Part shown: positions 9,302 to 18,863 of the stretch, one piece after another
How positions within the stretch are numbered: the stretch's first letter is position 1
Layout: each line of letters begins with the position of its first letter
NCBI GenBank assembly: GCA_045535385.1
Contig: JAZSLN010000036.1
Location: forward strand, 1 to 48,596
From: Eubacteriales bacterium
GTDB lineage: Bacteria > Bacillota > Clostridia > Oscillospirales > CAG-382
Length of the DNA stretch: 48,596 bases
Reading direction: 5' to 3'
The notes under the pieces: generated by a model
Databases searched by the model: none
Told to the model about the DNA's origin: nothing
Seen by the model: the letters and a program-made list of their open reading frames with translations, nothing else
Program-made: the position numbers and the translations under genes

Positions 9302-10981
9302 TTACAGCTGAATATCAAAAAGTGTCGTTACGATAAGCGGCTTGTGCTTTGTGCGTTTGCGGGCATATTCCGCGATATCGTCGCGAAGTCGGGTTCGGAG
9401 CACCGAAATATCGTCGACACCCTTTGCGAAATTACGTATGAGCGAATTACGCGCCGACTCGGCGATACGTGCGATAAGCTCCTCGTTGTCCTTTTCGTAA
9501 ACGAAACCTCGGGTAACGACCTCGGGCGGAATGGAAATACATTGATATTCCATATCTACTCCTGCCGAAATAATGATAACACCGTCCTCGGAAAGACGCT
9601 TTCTGTCGCGGAGAACAACGTCGTTGACCTCGCCGACACCCGTTCCGTCGACCATAACCGTACCGGCCGCGATCATACCCGCCGCTTTTACGCTTCGTTT
9701 ACTCATTTCGACGATGCGTCCGTTTTCGGGGATAACGATGTGGCTTTCGGGCGTACCCATTTCACAGGAAAGCGCGGCGTGCGCGATAAGATGCTTGTAT
9801 TCTCCGTGGACGGGAATAAAATATTCGGGTGAAACGAGCGAATGGATAAGCTTCAATTCCTCGCGGCAGGCGTGTCCCGAAACGTGAACGTCGTAGTTGC
9901 TGTAAGTGATAACGTCGGTACCGCGCTTGAAAAGCTCGTTGATGATTTTCGTTATAAGCTTTTCGTTGCCGGGAATGGCGGACGAAGAAAGAACAACAAG
10001 ATCGCGATGATCGAGCGTTATTTGGTTGTGCTCACCGAATGCCATTCTGTACAGCGCGCTCATCGGCTCGCCCTGGCTTCCCGTGGTAACGATGGTAACG
10101 CGCTCGGGGGGATACTTTTCGGCATCGTTAAGGTCGATGATCATATCGTCGGGAACCTCGAGATAACCGAGCTTTATTGCCGCGCGGACAAAGTTTTGCA
10201 TACTTCTTCCCGAAACAGCGACGTATCTTCCGTACTTTTCCGAAGCGTTTATGATCTGCTGTACGCGGTGAACGTTTGAAGAGAAGGTTGCGATAACAAC
10301 ACGTCTCTTTTCGTTGTTGAAAATTCGGTCGAAGCTTTCGGCAAGACTGCTTTCGCTGGGGGTATAGCCGGGACGTTCGGCGTTCGTGCTGTCGCACATC
10401 AAAAGACGGATGCCCTTTCGTCCGAGCTCGGCAATTCTTGCTAAGTCGATGGGCTTTTCGTCAACGGGTGTGAAATCCACCTTGAAGTCGCCCGTGTGAA
10501 GGATTCTTCCACAGGGGGTGGTGATACATAATGCACATGCATCGGGCATAGAGTGGTTCACGTGAATAAATTCGGTTTGGAATACGCTTCCGAGGTTTAT
10601 GTGGTCGCCGGATTGAACCTCGATAAGCTTTGCGTTTCGGATGCCGTGCTCGGCAATCTTTCCCTCGATTATTCCGAGCGTCAAGCGTGTCGCATATATA
10701 GGAACGTTGGGGAATTTTTTGAGAAAATGGGGTACTGCGCCGATGTGGTCCTCGTGGCCGTGGGTTATAACAAGACCGCGCACCTTTTCGGCATTAAGTT
10801 CGAGATAGTTAAAGTCGGGGATGACAAGGTCGACACCGAGCATATCGTCTTCGGGAAAGGCGACACCGCAGTCAACGACCATAATATCGTTCGCATATTC
10901 AAAGGCGGTACAGTTCATTCCGATACCGTCGACACCGCCGAGGAATATTATATTAACTCTCGGTTTTTTTGGTTTTGCCAT
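9302..10981 (-). CDS. rnj: Ribonuclease J
   Basis: 559 aa. Metallo-beta-lactamase motif VITHGHEDHIG, a beta-CASP region and the typical RNase J length. Confidence 0.95.
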   Translation of the reverse strand: MAKPKKPRVNIIFLGGVDGIGMNCTAFEYANDIMVVDCGVAFPEDDMLGVDLVIPDFNYLELNAEKVRGLVITHGHEDHIGAVPHFLKKFPNVPIYATRLTLGIIEGKIAEHGIRNAKLIEVQSGDHINLGSVFQTEFIHVNHSMPDACALCITTPCGRILHTGDFKVDFTPVDEKPIDLARIAELGRKGIRLLMCDSTNAERPGYTPSESSLAESFDRIFNNEKRRVVIATFSSNVHRVQQIINASEKYGRYVAVSGRSMQNFVRAAIKLGYLEVPDDMIIDLNDAEKYPPERVTIVTTGSQGEPMSALYRMAFGEHNQITLDHRDLVVLSSSAIPGNEKLITKIINELFKRGTDVITYSNYDVHVSGHACREELKLIHSLVSPEYFIPVHGEYKHLIAHAALSCEMGTPESHIVIPENGRIVEMSKRSVKAAGMIAAGTVMVDGTGVGEVNDVVLRDRKRLSEDGVIIISAGVDMEYQCISIPPEVVTRGFVYEKDNEELIARIAESARNSLIRNFAKGVDDISVLRTRLRDDIAEYARKRTKHKPLIVTTLFDIQL

Positions 10982-11128
10982 ATAGATTCCTTTCTTGGTT
11001 TTTTAATATGTATATCTATCGGACATCCATCCGATCAACTACAAAAACAACAGTATATATTATGCCCCAAACGAAAAGTTTTGTCAAGAAGATAAATGTC
11101 GCATAAACTGTAATGTAATCATTAATTC

Positions 11129-11157
11129 TTGACTTTTATTATATTAGATGTTATCAT
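11129..11157 (+). promoter_or_regulatory. SigA-type promoter for murA: TTGACT-17-TATCAT
   Basis: Hexamers and the 17-nt spacer were counted directly. It lies about 45 nt upstream of the murA ATG. Confidence 0.45.
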
Positions 11158-11202
11158 AAAATAGAATATACATACGAATATATACCGAAAGGTGTTTTAT
11201 AA

Positions 11203-12468
11203 ATGGATAAGCTTTGTATTTCGGGCGGAAAGCCCCTTCATGGCTCGATAAACATAGGCGGAATGAAAAATGCCGCTCTCCCTATTATTTTCGCCACTAT
11301 TCTCGTAAACGATGTTTGTGTGCTTGAAAATCTTCCCGATGTCAGCGATATTGCCGCCGCGCTCGAGATAGTTAAGCGTATGGGCGCAAAGGTCGAAAAG
11401 ATCGATAACACTACCTACCGTATCGATACACGTTCTGTCCACAGTAACAGCGTTCCGTTGGATCTTGCTCGCGTTATGCGCGGCTCCTATTACGTTCTCG
11501 GCGCAGAACTCGGCCGTTTCGGAAGATCCTATACCGCTATTCCCGGCGGCTGTAACCTCGGCGCACGTCCCATTGACCAGCATATCAAGGGCTTTGAAGC
11601 GCTCGGTGCGAAGGTGAAATGCACTGCTGACGGTGTAAGCTGTTATACCGACGGTGATCTTGAAGGAACCTCGATTTATCTCGACGTTGCCTCTGTCGGC
11701 GCAACCTGTAATATTATGATGGCGGCTGTTATGGCTAAGGGTATGACGGTTATCGATAACGCCGCGCGTGAGCCCCATATCGTTGGCCTTGCGAACTTCC
11801 TTATCTCCTGCGGCGCGAATATCTCGGGCGCAGGTACCGAGGTTATAAAAATCCGCGGTGTTGATATGCTTTACGGCGGTACTTACGCGATAATTCCCGA
11901 TATGATCGAGGCGGGCACTTATATGATCGCCGCTGCCGCGACAAAGGGAGATCTTGTTATAAATAACGTTATCCCCCGACATCTTGAGGCGGTAACCGCT
12001 AAGCTTCAGGAAATGGGCGTAACCGTTGAAGAGGGCGACGATAACGTTCGTGTTGCATATAACGGTATTCTTAAAAAATGCCGTGTAAAGACCGATTTCT
12101 ATCCCGGTTTCCCGACGGATATGAACTCGCAATTCTGTGTTCTTCTCTGCCTCGCCGAGGGTCAGAGCAAGCTTACCGAGAGCGTTATGGATTCGAGATT
12201 TAAGTATACCGACGAGCTTGCACGTATGGGCGCGCGTATAACCGTTCAGGGCAGAGATGCTTACGTGGACGGTGTTCCCGCGCTGAGAGCCGCTAACGTT
12301 CGTGCGGTCGATCTTCGCGCGGGAGCCGCGATGGTTCTTGCGGCACTTGCCGCCGACGGAAAGACGGTCATCGAGGATATCCATCATATCCAGAGAGGCT
12401 ACGAGGATATGGTCGGAAAGCTTCGTGCGGTCGGCGCGGACATCAGGCTTATCAAAGATGAACAGTAA
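11203..12468 (+). CDS. murA: UDP-N-acetylglucosamine 1-carboxyvinyltransferase
   Basis: 421 aa. MDKLCISGGKPLHGSINIGGMKNAALPI is a MurA N-terminus, and the active-site Cys region PGGCNLGARPIDQHIKG is present. Confidence 0.95.
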   Translation: MDKLCISGGKPLHGSINIGGMKNAALPIIFATILVNDVCVLENLPDVSDIAAALEIVKRMGAKVEKIDNTTYRIDTRSVHSNSVPLDLARVMRGSYYVLGAELGRFGRSYTAIPGGCNLGARPIDQHIKGFEALGAKVKCTADGVSCYTDGDLEGTSIYLDVASVGATCNIMMAAVMAKGMTVIDNAAREPHIVGLANFLISCGANISGAGTEVIKIRGVDMLYGGTYAIIPDMIEAGTYMIAAAATKGDLVINNVIPRHLEAVTAKLQEMGVTVEEGDDNVRVAYNGILKKCRVKTDFYPGFPTDMNSQFCVLLCLAEGQSKLTESVMDSRFKYTDELARMGARITVQGRDAYVDGVPALRAANVRAVDLRAGAAMVLAALAADGKTVIEDIHHIQRGYEDMVGKLRAVGADIRLIKDEQ

Positions 12469-12483
12469 TAACCGTAAAATAAA

Positions 12484-12509
12484 ATCGCAGGCTTTTAGAA
12501 GCCTGCGAT
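12484..12509. terminator. Bidirectional terminator between murA and the M56 gene
   Basis: ATCGCAGGCTT-TTAG-AAGCCTGCGAT, an 11-bp stem, flanked by AAA upstream and TTTTTG downstream. Confidence 0.7.
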
Positions 12510-12515
12510 TTTTTG

Positions 12516-15179
12516 TTATATTTGCCTTAATGCATGATTGTATGTGCCTAATGTAAGCTTGACGGTTACGTTTAGATTGTTTTTATCAAGTGATATATCA
12601 CAATATTCGGTTTCCGTATACGTGTTGCCGTTTGGCAAGGTATAGGTTTTCGTGTATTTAATAATAATATCGTGTCTAAACTCATCGGAGGTAATTTTAC
12701 CTTTTATGGTTCCGTCTTTGCCGGTGATCGTATTTTCAAACTGAGCATCGGCGTAGATCTCGTTAAGATCATAGGTGATTTCAACACCCGAAACAGGTTC
12801 GTTGGTATAATAGTCCAATACCGTTATGGAGAAATCGTATTCGTGAATCGGTTCGAGCTCGATCTCCATGTAGGTTTGGTATAGACCGGCGCTCTTTGTG
12901 TTCAAGACCGGTAAATAACCGTCGCACTCGCATTTGGCGGCGAATGACGAAGAACGTCCCGATACATATTCCATCAGAGGAGCATAGACCGCGATTCCGT
13001 CGCCATCGGTATAAACAGTCCTTTCGTCCAGCGTAACCTTGGCGTTTTTCAACGGTTCTTTTGTTTCCGAATCTATAACCTTTACCCTGAAATTCTCGTA
13101 AATGTCGCGATAGACGATTGCATTGTTAATGTAATCTGTTTTGATCGGATACAGAGATACCGGAGCTTCGAAATAAGGATAATCGATTGCCCGAGAATCG
13201 CTGTAAAACTTACCGCTGACGGTTATGGAGTGAACGTATTTGTCCACGTAAACATCGGAATCAAAAAGGAAGGTATAGGTTCCTACGGGACATTCAAATC
13301 GGAAAAGACCGTCGCTGTTGGAATACACATAGTCGATTTTCTTACCGCTTTCGGTGCATATCCATATTTTGAGTCCCGATTTTTTAATTATACCCTTTTC
13401 GATAACGCTCTCGTCGGTTGCACCGTATGGTACAGTTCCGCGGTCGCCCGAACGCTCGAACATCAAGTCGACGTCAGAGAGCTGAATATACGTCGGCGTT
13501 AAGTCGCCTCCGTGATATTTCAACCTATCGGATTTGACGTTTAAGTCCTCGGGAGTTTGGTGAGTGCTTTGCATCGCGCTCGGCTGTTTTTCCTCTTCTG
13601 TCAAAGCAGAATCGATAACCGCTTTTTCGTCTTCGGTAAGCGGAAGAGTGCGTCCTTTTTCAAAATCGACGATATTTCCTCCGACGCTGTCGTATACAAG
13701 GTCGTCGTTTCCGATAGTGATTACGTGAGTGCCGACTAATTCAGCCGCTTCCTCTGTCCAGCTTCCGCTGTTGACGATATCGCGTATTTTTTGCGCTTCT
13801 TCGTCGGTGATATCAAGATATCGGTCGGCGGGTCCGGAATCGGTGTAGGCTAAAATATCGCCTTCGTATTTGATAGACTCGGCGGTCGTTTCGCTGTTTT
13901 CCGTGCTGTTTTCCGAAGCGTCATCGGAGACATCGGATGAATTATCCTTCGATTCCTGCGATTCTTCCGAATTTTCCGATGAATCGGTGCTTTCGCTCGA
14001 TACATCCTTGTCCGCATTGTTGTCTTTCGGCGGCGAAGTAAGGAAGAATACCGAAACGGTAATCGTTAGGATTATGGCAACGATGATTATCCAGAACATC
14101 GGCTTTTTATAGGTCAACGCGTTTTTTACTCTTTGCTTTACCCCAACTTCGCCGAAAGCGACCGGGCAGGCGGCAATAGAACTTCGCTTTATGCCGCATT
14201 CGAGGAGCGCGCCCGCGTATGCCTTTCTCGACTCGATGCTCATTTTTTCGACAACCTTTTCGTCGCAAGCGGTTTCGATATCTCTGCAAAGGAGTATATA
14301 CGCGATCCATATGAGAGGGTTGAACCAATAAACCGCAAGAAGCATATATCCGAACGGCTTAATAAGATGGTCAAGCCGCTTGAGATGCGCTCTTTCGTGG
14401 GCGATTATGAGCGATTCGGTTTCGGGAGAAAGCCCGAAGGGAAGATATATTCTCGGCTTGAAAATGCCCAGAATAAAGGGGGATGCGACGTTTTCGCATC
14501 GGCGGATACTGTTGCCGTCCGGGATGGATTCCGCAACCCTACCTCTTAAAACAAGGTAGTTGATTATAGCGTACCCCGCCATTATCGCTACGCCGATCAT
14601 CCAAACGATGCTTCCGATATCGGCAAAGGTCTTTAGCGGATTCTTATTCGGATCCTCAGAAACCTTCGACGAGATGGCTGTATTTACACGGTCGTCTACG
14701 GGCTTGATTCCCGACTGGACGTATTCTTTGTCGGGCGCCGTTTCAGGTGCGGCTTCCTCGTCGGGTATTGCTTGGGGTAGGCTGTTTTCGCCCGAAGATG
14801 CTTCGGTGTCGGTTTTGTCGATGTTGGTTATCGGAGGCAGTATTATCGGTTCGTGTTCGCTTTGCTCCTGTCGGAACTCCGAAGCTTCACCCGAAATACT
14901 ATCCGAAACCGATTCCGAAACGGTATCGGAAATAACGTCGGAAGATACCTCCAACGTATTTATTGCATCGGGATTGAGTGTTTGGGAGCTTGGTATAAGG
15001 CTTATATCGCTTTCGATGGAGAACGGGACAATAAGACGTAATCCCACTACCGCCCACAAAAGGCAGACCGTCCATCTCGGCGCAAGTTTTTTGAAAACAA
15101 GCCTTATTATAACAACCGCAGCAATAAGCCAGGAAGTCGAAACACTCAGGTTGAAAAGATGAATGAATATTTCGGACAA
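12516..15179 (-). CDS. BlaR1/MecR1-like M56 zinc-metalloprotease signal transducer with a non-PBP extracellular C-terminal region
   Basis: 887 aa. HEXXH is present as IIAHERAHLKRLDH, with FNPLIWIA just downstream. TTG start with a GGAGGTG RBS that overlaps the blaI-like stop. No SxxK penicillin-binding domain. The C-terminus has three carboxypeptidase-regulatory-like beta-sandwich signatures. Confidence 0.8.
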   Translation of the reverse strand: MSEIFIHLFNLSVSTSWLIAAVVIIRLVFKKLAPRWTVCLLWAVVGLRLIVPFSIESDISLIPSSQTLNPDAINTLEVSSDVISDTVSESVSDSISGEASEFRQEQSEHEPIILPPITNIDKTDTEASSGENSLPQAIPDEEAAPETAPDKEYVQSGIKPVDDRVNTAISSKVSEDPNKNPLKTFADIGSIVWMIGVAIMAGYAIINYLVLRGRVAESIPDGNSIRRCENVASPFILGIFKPRIYLPFGLSPETESLIIAHERAHLKRLDHLIKPFGYMLLAVYWFNPLIWIAYILLCRDIETACDEKVVEKMSIESRKAYAGALLECGIKRSSIAACPVAFGEVGVKQRVKNALTYKKPMFWIIIVAIILTITVSVFFLTSPPKDNNADKDVSSESTDSSENSEESQESKDNSSDVSDDASENSTENSETTAESIKYEGDILAYTDSGPADRYLDITDEEAQKIRDIVNSGSWTEEAAELVGTHVITIGNDDLVYDSVGGNIVDFEKGRTLPLTEDEKAVIDSALTEEEKQPSAMQSTHQTPEDLNVKSDRLKYHGGDLTPTYIQLSDVDLMFERSGDRGTVPYGATDESVIEKGIIKKSGLKIWICTESGKKIDYVYSNSDGLFRFECPVGTYTFLFDSDVYVDKYVHSITVSGKFYSDSRAIDYPYFEAPVSLYPIKTDYINNAIVYRDIYENFRVKVIDSETKEPLKNAKVTLDERTVYTDGDGIAVYAPLMEYVSGRSSSFAAKCECDGYLPVLNTKSAGLYQTYMEIELEPIHEYDFSITVLDYYTNEPVSGVEITYDLNEIYADAQFENTITGKDGTIKGKITSDEFRHDIIIKYTKTYTLPNGNTYTETEYCDISLDKNNLNVTVKLTLGTYNHALRQI

Positions 15180-15182
15180 GGC

Positions 15183-15542
15183 TTATTCACCTCCGCGCTC
15201 GATAATTCGTTGTATTTCTTCGACGTCCTTTTGCGAAAGATTTTGTTGCTTTGCAAAAGCGGCGATAAACGCAGGAAGCGATCCTTCGAATCGTTTTTCG
15301 AACATTTCGTCCAACTCTGCGCGCTGTATCTCGTCCTTCGATACGATTGAGGATACGATGGAATTTTCGTTTTTCAAAACACCGCGCTCTTCGAGACGTT
15401 TGATGACGGTATAGGTCGTCGTGCGCGACCAATCGAGCTTTTCCTTGCAAAGCTTCGCGAGGTCCTTGCACGCCATCGGCTCGACTTCCCATAAAATAAG
15501 ACAGAATCTGTATTCACTTTCGAAAATTTTGGGTGTATTCAT
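15183..15542 (-). CDS. BlaI/MecI/CopY family transcriptional repressor
   Basis: 119-aa winged-helix protein. Contains SEYRFCLILWEVEPMACKDLAKLC...WSRTTTYTVIKRLEERGVL. It lies immediately upstream of, and is translationally coupled to, the M56 gene. Confidence 0.85.
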   Translation of the reverse strand: MNTPKIFESEYRFCLILWEVEPMACKDLAKLCKEKLDWSRTTTYTVIKRLEERGVLKNENSIVSSIVSKDEIQRAELDEMFEKRFEGSLPAFIAAFAKQQNLSQKDVEEIQRIIERGGE

Positions 15543-15561
15543 ATGTAATTCCTCGCTCTTC

Positions 15562-15573
15562 TGTATATATACA
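15562..15573. promoter_or_regulatory. Perfect 12-bp palindrome TGTATATATACA between the promoter and RBS of the blaI-like gene (candidate operator)
   Basis: The sequence is self-complementary and contains the TGTA/TACA half-sites used by BlaI/MecI/CopY repressors, although in TGTA-N4-TACA order. Confidence 0.35.
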
Positions 15574-15586
15574 ATTATCCACCTAT

Positions 15587-15615
15587 ATTCTAATGCGTTA
15601 GACGTCGCGTGTCAA
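15587..15615 (-). promoter_or_regulatory. SigA-type promoter of the blaI-blaR1-like operon: TTGACA-17-TAGAAT
   Basis: Read on the minus strand, with the spacer counted as 17 nt. It lies about 45 nt upstream of the start codon. Confidence 0.5.
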
Positions 15616-15690
15616 GAGAAAATCGAAAAATTTTGATTCTTCGAGGGAAATTCCGTTATTTGACGGTTGTATTTGAAAACGAATTAAATA

Positions 15691-15728
15691 TAAAAACAGA
15701 ACCTGAAGGTATGTACCTAAAGGCTCTG
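15691..15728 (-). terminator. Rho-independent terminator after the acyl-CoA ligase gene
   Basis: The minus strand reads CAGAGCC-UUU-AGGUA-CA-UACCU-UCA-GGUUCUG, followed by UUUUUAUAUUU. Confidence 0.5.
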
Positions 15729-15805
15729 CTTCGTTTTATACAATTAAGGTTTGTGAGTTTTTAAGAGTGAAAATCACACCGAAATATCCTGTTTTGTCAA
15801 GCGGA

Positions 15806-17515
15806 TTACATAGGCGAGCCGTCTTTTGCACGGCGAATCTTGTTTGTCGTCGTTTTAACGAAGGGCTCTTCGCGGATGATAACGTGGGTTATCTGCTTAT
15901 AGGTCGGTAACTGAGCGAGCTTTTCGTAAATATCGCTCTTTAGCTTTGCGGTGAGCTCGTCCTTGTTTCCGCTCGCGAGATAATCGGGGTCGAGCGCACA
16001 TTGAACCGCAAGCGCATCCTCGGTACCGTCTTCGGCGCGTGAGCCGTAGACGATGCATTCGAGAACGTAGGGAATACCGCAAATATAATCCTCAAGCTCC
16101 TCGGGATAGATGTTCTTGCCGTTGCCGAGGATGATAATATTCTTCTTACGGCCGGTAATAACGATCTGACCGATGCTTGTTATCTTGCCGTAGTCGCCGG
16201 TACGGAAATAGCCGTCCTCGGTGAATGCCTCGGCAGTAGCTTCGGGGTTTTTGTAATAACCCAGCATAACGGTGTCGCCCTTGACGCATATCTCACCCTC
16301 TTCGTCTTCGTTCGGGTCGTCGATACGTACGTCAACACAAGCCATAGGGAATCCTACGGTGCGCGGGTCGCTGATAAAGTCGGTGTTGACCGATACGAGG
16401 GGCGAACATTCGGTTATACCGTAGCCGTTGTTTACAAGAATACCGATGTCGTTGAAGAAATCGACGATTTCAGCACGGAGCGGAGCACCGCCGCAGATCA
16501 ACAAGACAAGGTTTCCGCCGAGACCGGCGTGGATTTCGGCGAATATTTTGCGTCTTGCGTCGATGCCGATAGCACGTAGGAAGTTAGAAAGCTTGCGTGC
16601 GGTTTTGATCGTTTTTGTCTTGCCCTTTTCTTCGATGCTCGCGTTAAGACGGCGGTAAAGAACCTCCATAAGCGCGGGAACAACGTACATATATTCGGGC
16701 TGATAAAGCGCGAGGTTTTTAACGATTCTCTTTAAGCTGTCGTTTATAGCAACGGTATTGTGTCTGTGGATAGCCACGAGAATGCCGGCAATAGATTCGT
16801 AAGCGTGATGGTAGGGAAGCACCGATAACGCGGTGTCGCGGAGGCTGGTTAGCTTGAGTCCCCAATGTATAAGCGATTTGATGTTGTGCTCGGAGAGCAT
16901 AACGCCTTTTGCCAGTCCCGTTGTGCCCGAGGTATAGATGAGCATTTTCATAGCCATCATATCCTTGGTTTCCATTTCACAGAACTCGCGGTCGCCGTCT
17001 TCGTAAAGCTTTTTGCCCTTCTTCATAAGAAGCTTGAAGGATAAAAACTCGCCTTCGTCCTCTTCTCTGTCGAAGGAAACGAAATATTTAACGTTGGGGA
17101 GTTGGTCGCGGATGGAACGGAATATCTCCTCGCGCTTCTTGTCGCAGAAGATTATATCGTCGTCGCCGTGGTTGATAACCGTAACGAGGTCATCCGCAGG
17201 AAGCTCTTTGTCGATAGGGCAGAAAACACCTTCGCTCTGGAGCGCAGTAAGGAAAACAGCTATCCAATTATAGCTGTTCTCGGCACAGCAACCGATATGG
17301 CCTCTCGCCATTCCGAGCGAGTTGAGTCCGGTGCCGATGTAGAGAGTATCCATACGGAAATCACGGTAGGTAACCTCGACAGTGCCACCTTTTCCACGGT
17401 ATTTATATGCGATTTTGTCGCCTGCATCGTCGGCAGCCATCAAAAGCATGTGCTTTATATTTTTAGGTTCGGGAAGATTCATTTCCGGTTCTCTTGCGAG
17501 AGCGTTTTTTGCCAT
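15806..17515 (-). CDS. AMP-dependent (long-chain type) acyl-CoA ligase
   Basis: 569 aa. AMP-binding motif LIYTSGTTGLAKGVMLSEHN, FRTGDYG, and a C-terminal TTTNKIRR. The gene has its own promoter and terminator. Confidence 0.85.
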   Translation of the reverse strand: MAKNALAREPEMNLPEPKNIKHMLLMAADDAGDKIAYKYRGKGGTVEVTYRDFRMDTLYIGTGLNSLGMARGHIGCCAENSYNWIAVFLTALQSEGVFCPIDKELPADDLVTVINHGDDDIIFCDKKREEIFRSIRDQLPNVKYFVSFDREEDEGEFLSFKLLMKKGKKLYEDGDREFCEMETKDMMAMKMLIYTSGTTGLAKGVMLSEHNIKSLIHWGLKLTSLRDTALSVLPYHHAYESIAGILVAIHRHNTVAINDSLKRIVKNLALYQPEYMYVVPALMEVLYRRLNASIEEKGKTKTIKTARKLSNFLRAIGIDARRKIFAEIHAGLGGNLVLLICGGAPLRAEIVDFFNDIGILVNNGYGITECSPLVSVNTDFISDPRTVGFPMACVDVRIDDPNEDEEGEICVKGDTVMLGYYKNPEATAEAFTEDGYFRTGDYGKITSIGQIVITGRKKNIIILGNGKNIYPEELEDYICGIPYVLECIVYGSRAEDGTEDALAVQCALDPDYLASGNKDELTAKLKSDIYEKLAQLPTYKQITHVIIREEPFVKTTTNKIRRAKDGSPM

Positions 17516-17550
17516 AACATAAGACCTCTTTTGCTAATGTTTCTGTATCG

Positions 17551-17579
17551 ATTATAGTGCTTTTTATAAATTAAGTCAA
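17551..17579 (-). promoter_or_regulatory. Consensus SigA promoter TTGACT-17-TATAAT for the acyl-CoA ligase gene
   Basis: Read on the minus strand, with the spacer counted as 17 nt. A TGTCGAA (0A-box-like) heptamer lies upstream at 17612-17606. Confidence 0.55.
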
Positions 17580-17611
17580 CGAAATAGAAAAAAATTCATA
17601 AAATATTCGAC

Positions 17612-17641
17612 AAAAAATGCCGCGCGGCTAAACCGCGCGGC
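17612..17641 (-). terminator. Rho-independent terminator after the dockerin-protein gene
   Basis: GCCGCGCGG-UUUAG-CCGCGCGGC followed by AUUUUUUG on the minus strand. Confidence 0.75.
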
Positions 17642-17664
17642 GGAATGATTGAAATCAATCAATA

Positions 17665-18777
17665 TTAATCAACATATTTGGCATTAAAAGTCGATACATC
17701 GCCGATGTCGGCTCTGTCGAGCTCGGTTACCGCAAACATAACGGTGAACAAATCCGGAAATATTCCGTCCATGCTCCATCGGTCGATGTATACCGTAAGA
17801 CCGTTCTTGCCGTAAGTGACGGCGGCGGTATAAGCAACGTAGCTTCCGTCGGGAAGACCTATTTGTGTAAGAGTGAGCACCTTGGTGTCGAAAAAGTCTT
17901 CGGGAAGAGATTCTGCATATTCCGCAAGCTCGCGATTTCCGTCGCAAAGCTCTTCAAGCTGCTCGAAGTTAGTTATAAGGCGGTGAGGAAGAATTTCTTC
18001 CGTGACTATACACGAGTCGGCACTGAAAGAATAGTTAACACCGTAAATGTTAGCTTCGATAATTTCAGCGCGAGCAGAAGTACAGTCCGCGATATCGGAT
18101 TTGTTGACTTCCGCGGTCATAAGACGGTTTTGACAGTCATCTGTGCCTTCGCCATAGCCTATTACCGAGATCTCGGTAAGAATTTCGCTTCCGTTAACCT
18201 TTACACCTTCAATGCTGATGATCGCAGAGCCTGTAGAAGCGAAAACGGGAGTTATAACGAGCGCCTTGGTTTCGAAATAGTCATCGGAAAGCGCTTCGGC
18301 AAAATCAATAAAGGGCTCGTCGTTAACGGAATTGCCGTAATTGAGATAGACATCAAGCAAAGCGTTAAGCTGATCGGAATCGGTAATGAGGAACGAAACC
18401 AATTCCATACCGTATTCGGGACGGATACCCTGAATGTCATATTCTTCGAGAGAACCCGAAAGACCGTGTGCCGTGTAGGGGATGTCTTTTTCCTCGACAA
18501 CTACGTCGCTTTCGACGGAAAGATATGCTGCCTTAACGAGAATACAGTCGAAAATGTTGGTTTTGCCGTCGCCGTTAACGTCGCCGCCGTTAAATTCGGG
18601 GACAGTATCGATAGATCCGAGGTAAATACCCTTGATGAAGATATAGTCGAACATATTTACTTTACCGTCGCCGTTAACGTCGTAGATGTCTTGGTTCGGT
18701 TCAGCCTCTGCAACAGCCGATAAGGGAACAATTGCGGTCATAAAAACAACAAGGATGAGGGAAATAAGCTTTTTCAT
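17665..18777 (-). CDS. Secreted dockerin-containing protein with two copies of an uncharacterised ~105-aa domain
   Basis: Start at MKKLISLILVVFMTAIVPLSAVAEA (AAAGGAG RBS and a signal peptide). Two dockerin Ca-binding repeats, DVNGDGKVNMFD and DVNGDGKTNIFD. These are followed by two related domains containing YFETKALV/FFDTKVLT. Confidence 0.8.
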   Translation of the reverse strand: MKKLISLILVVFMTAIVPLSAVAEAEPNQDIYDVNGDGKVNMFDYIFIKGIYLGSIDTVPEFNGGDVNGDGKTNIFDCILVKAAYLSVESDVVVEEKDIPYTAHGLSGSLEEYDIQGIRPEYGMELVSFLITDSDQLNALLDVYLNYGNSVNDEPFIDFAEALSDDYFETKALVITPVFASTGSAIISIEGVKVNGSEILTEISVIGYGEGTDDCQNRLMTAEVNKSDIADCTSARAEIIEANIYGVNYSFSADSCIVTEEILPHRLITNFEQLEELCDGNRELAEYAESLPEDFFDTKVLTLTQIGLPDGSYVAYTAAVTYGKNGLTVYIDRWSMDGIFPDLFTVMFAVTELDRADIGDVSTFNAKYVD

Positions 18778-18863
18778 ATGTAATGCTCCTTTCGCATACT
18801 GTTTTTTGTCCTCATACATTAAGTACGGAAAAAAGAGGGAACATTACAAAATTTTTGAGAAAA

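Noticed and set aside
11197-12387. 396-aa ORF antisense to murA. There are similar long antisense ORFs at 86-871, 6620-7555, 17863-18723, 26577-27383, 29192-29920, 30059-30826, 31208-31978, 34150-35058, 37054-38799 and 43804-45042.
   Set aside because: Each lies fully inside a gene on the opposite strand that has clear family motifs. Their translations are low-complexity or Arg/Gly/Val-rich with no motifs or RBS. They are shadow ORFs.
12516-15179. Annotating the M56 protein as a beta-lactam sensor (BlaR1/MecR1 proper).
   Set aside because: No SxxK/KTG penicillin-binding motifs or class D beta-lactamase-like domain are visible in the extracellular region. Only the protease domain is BlaR1-like.
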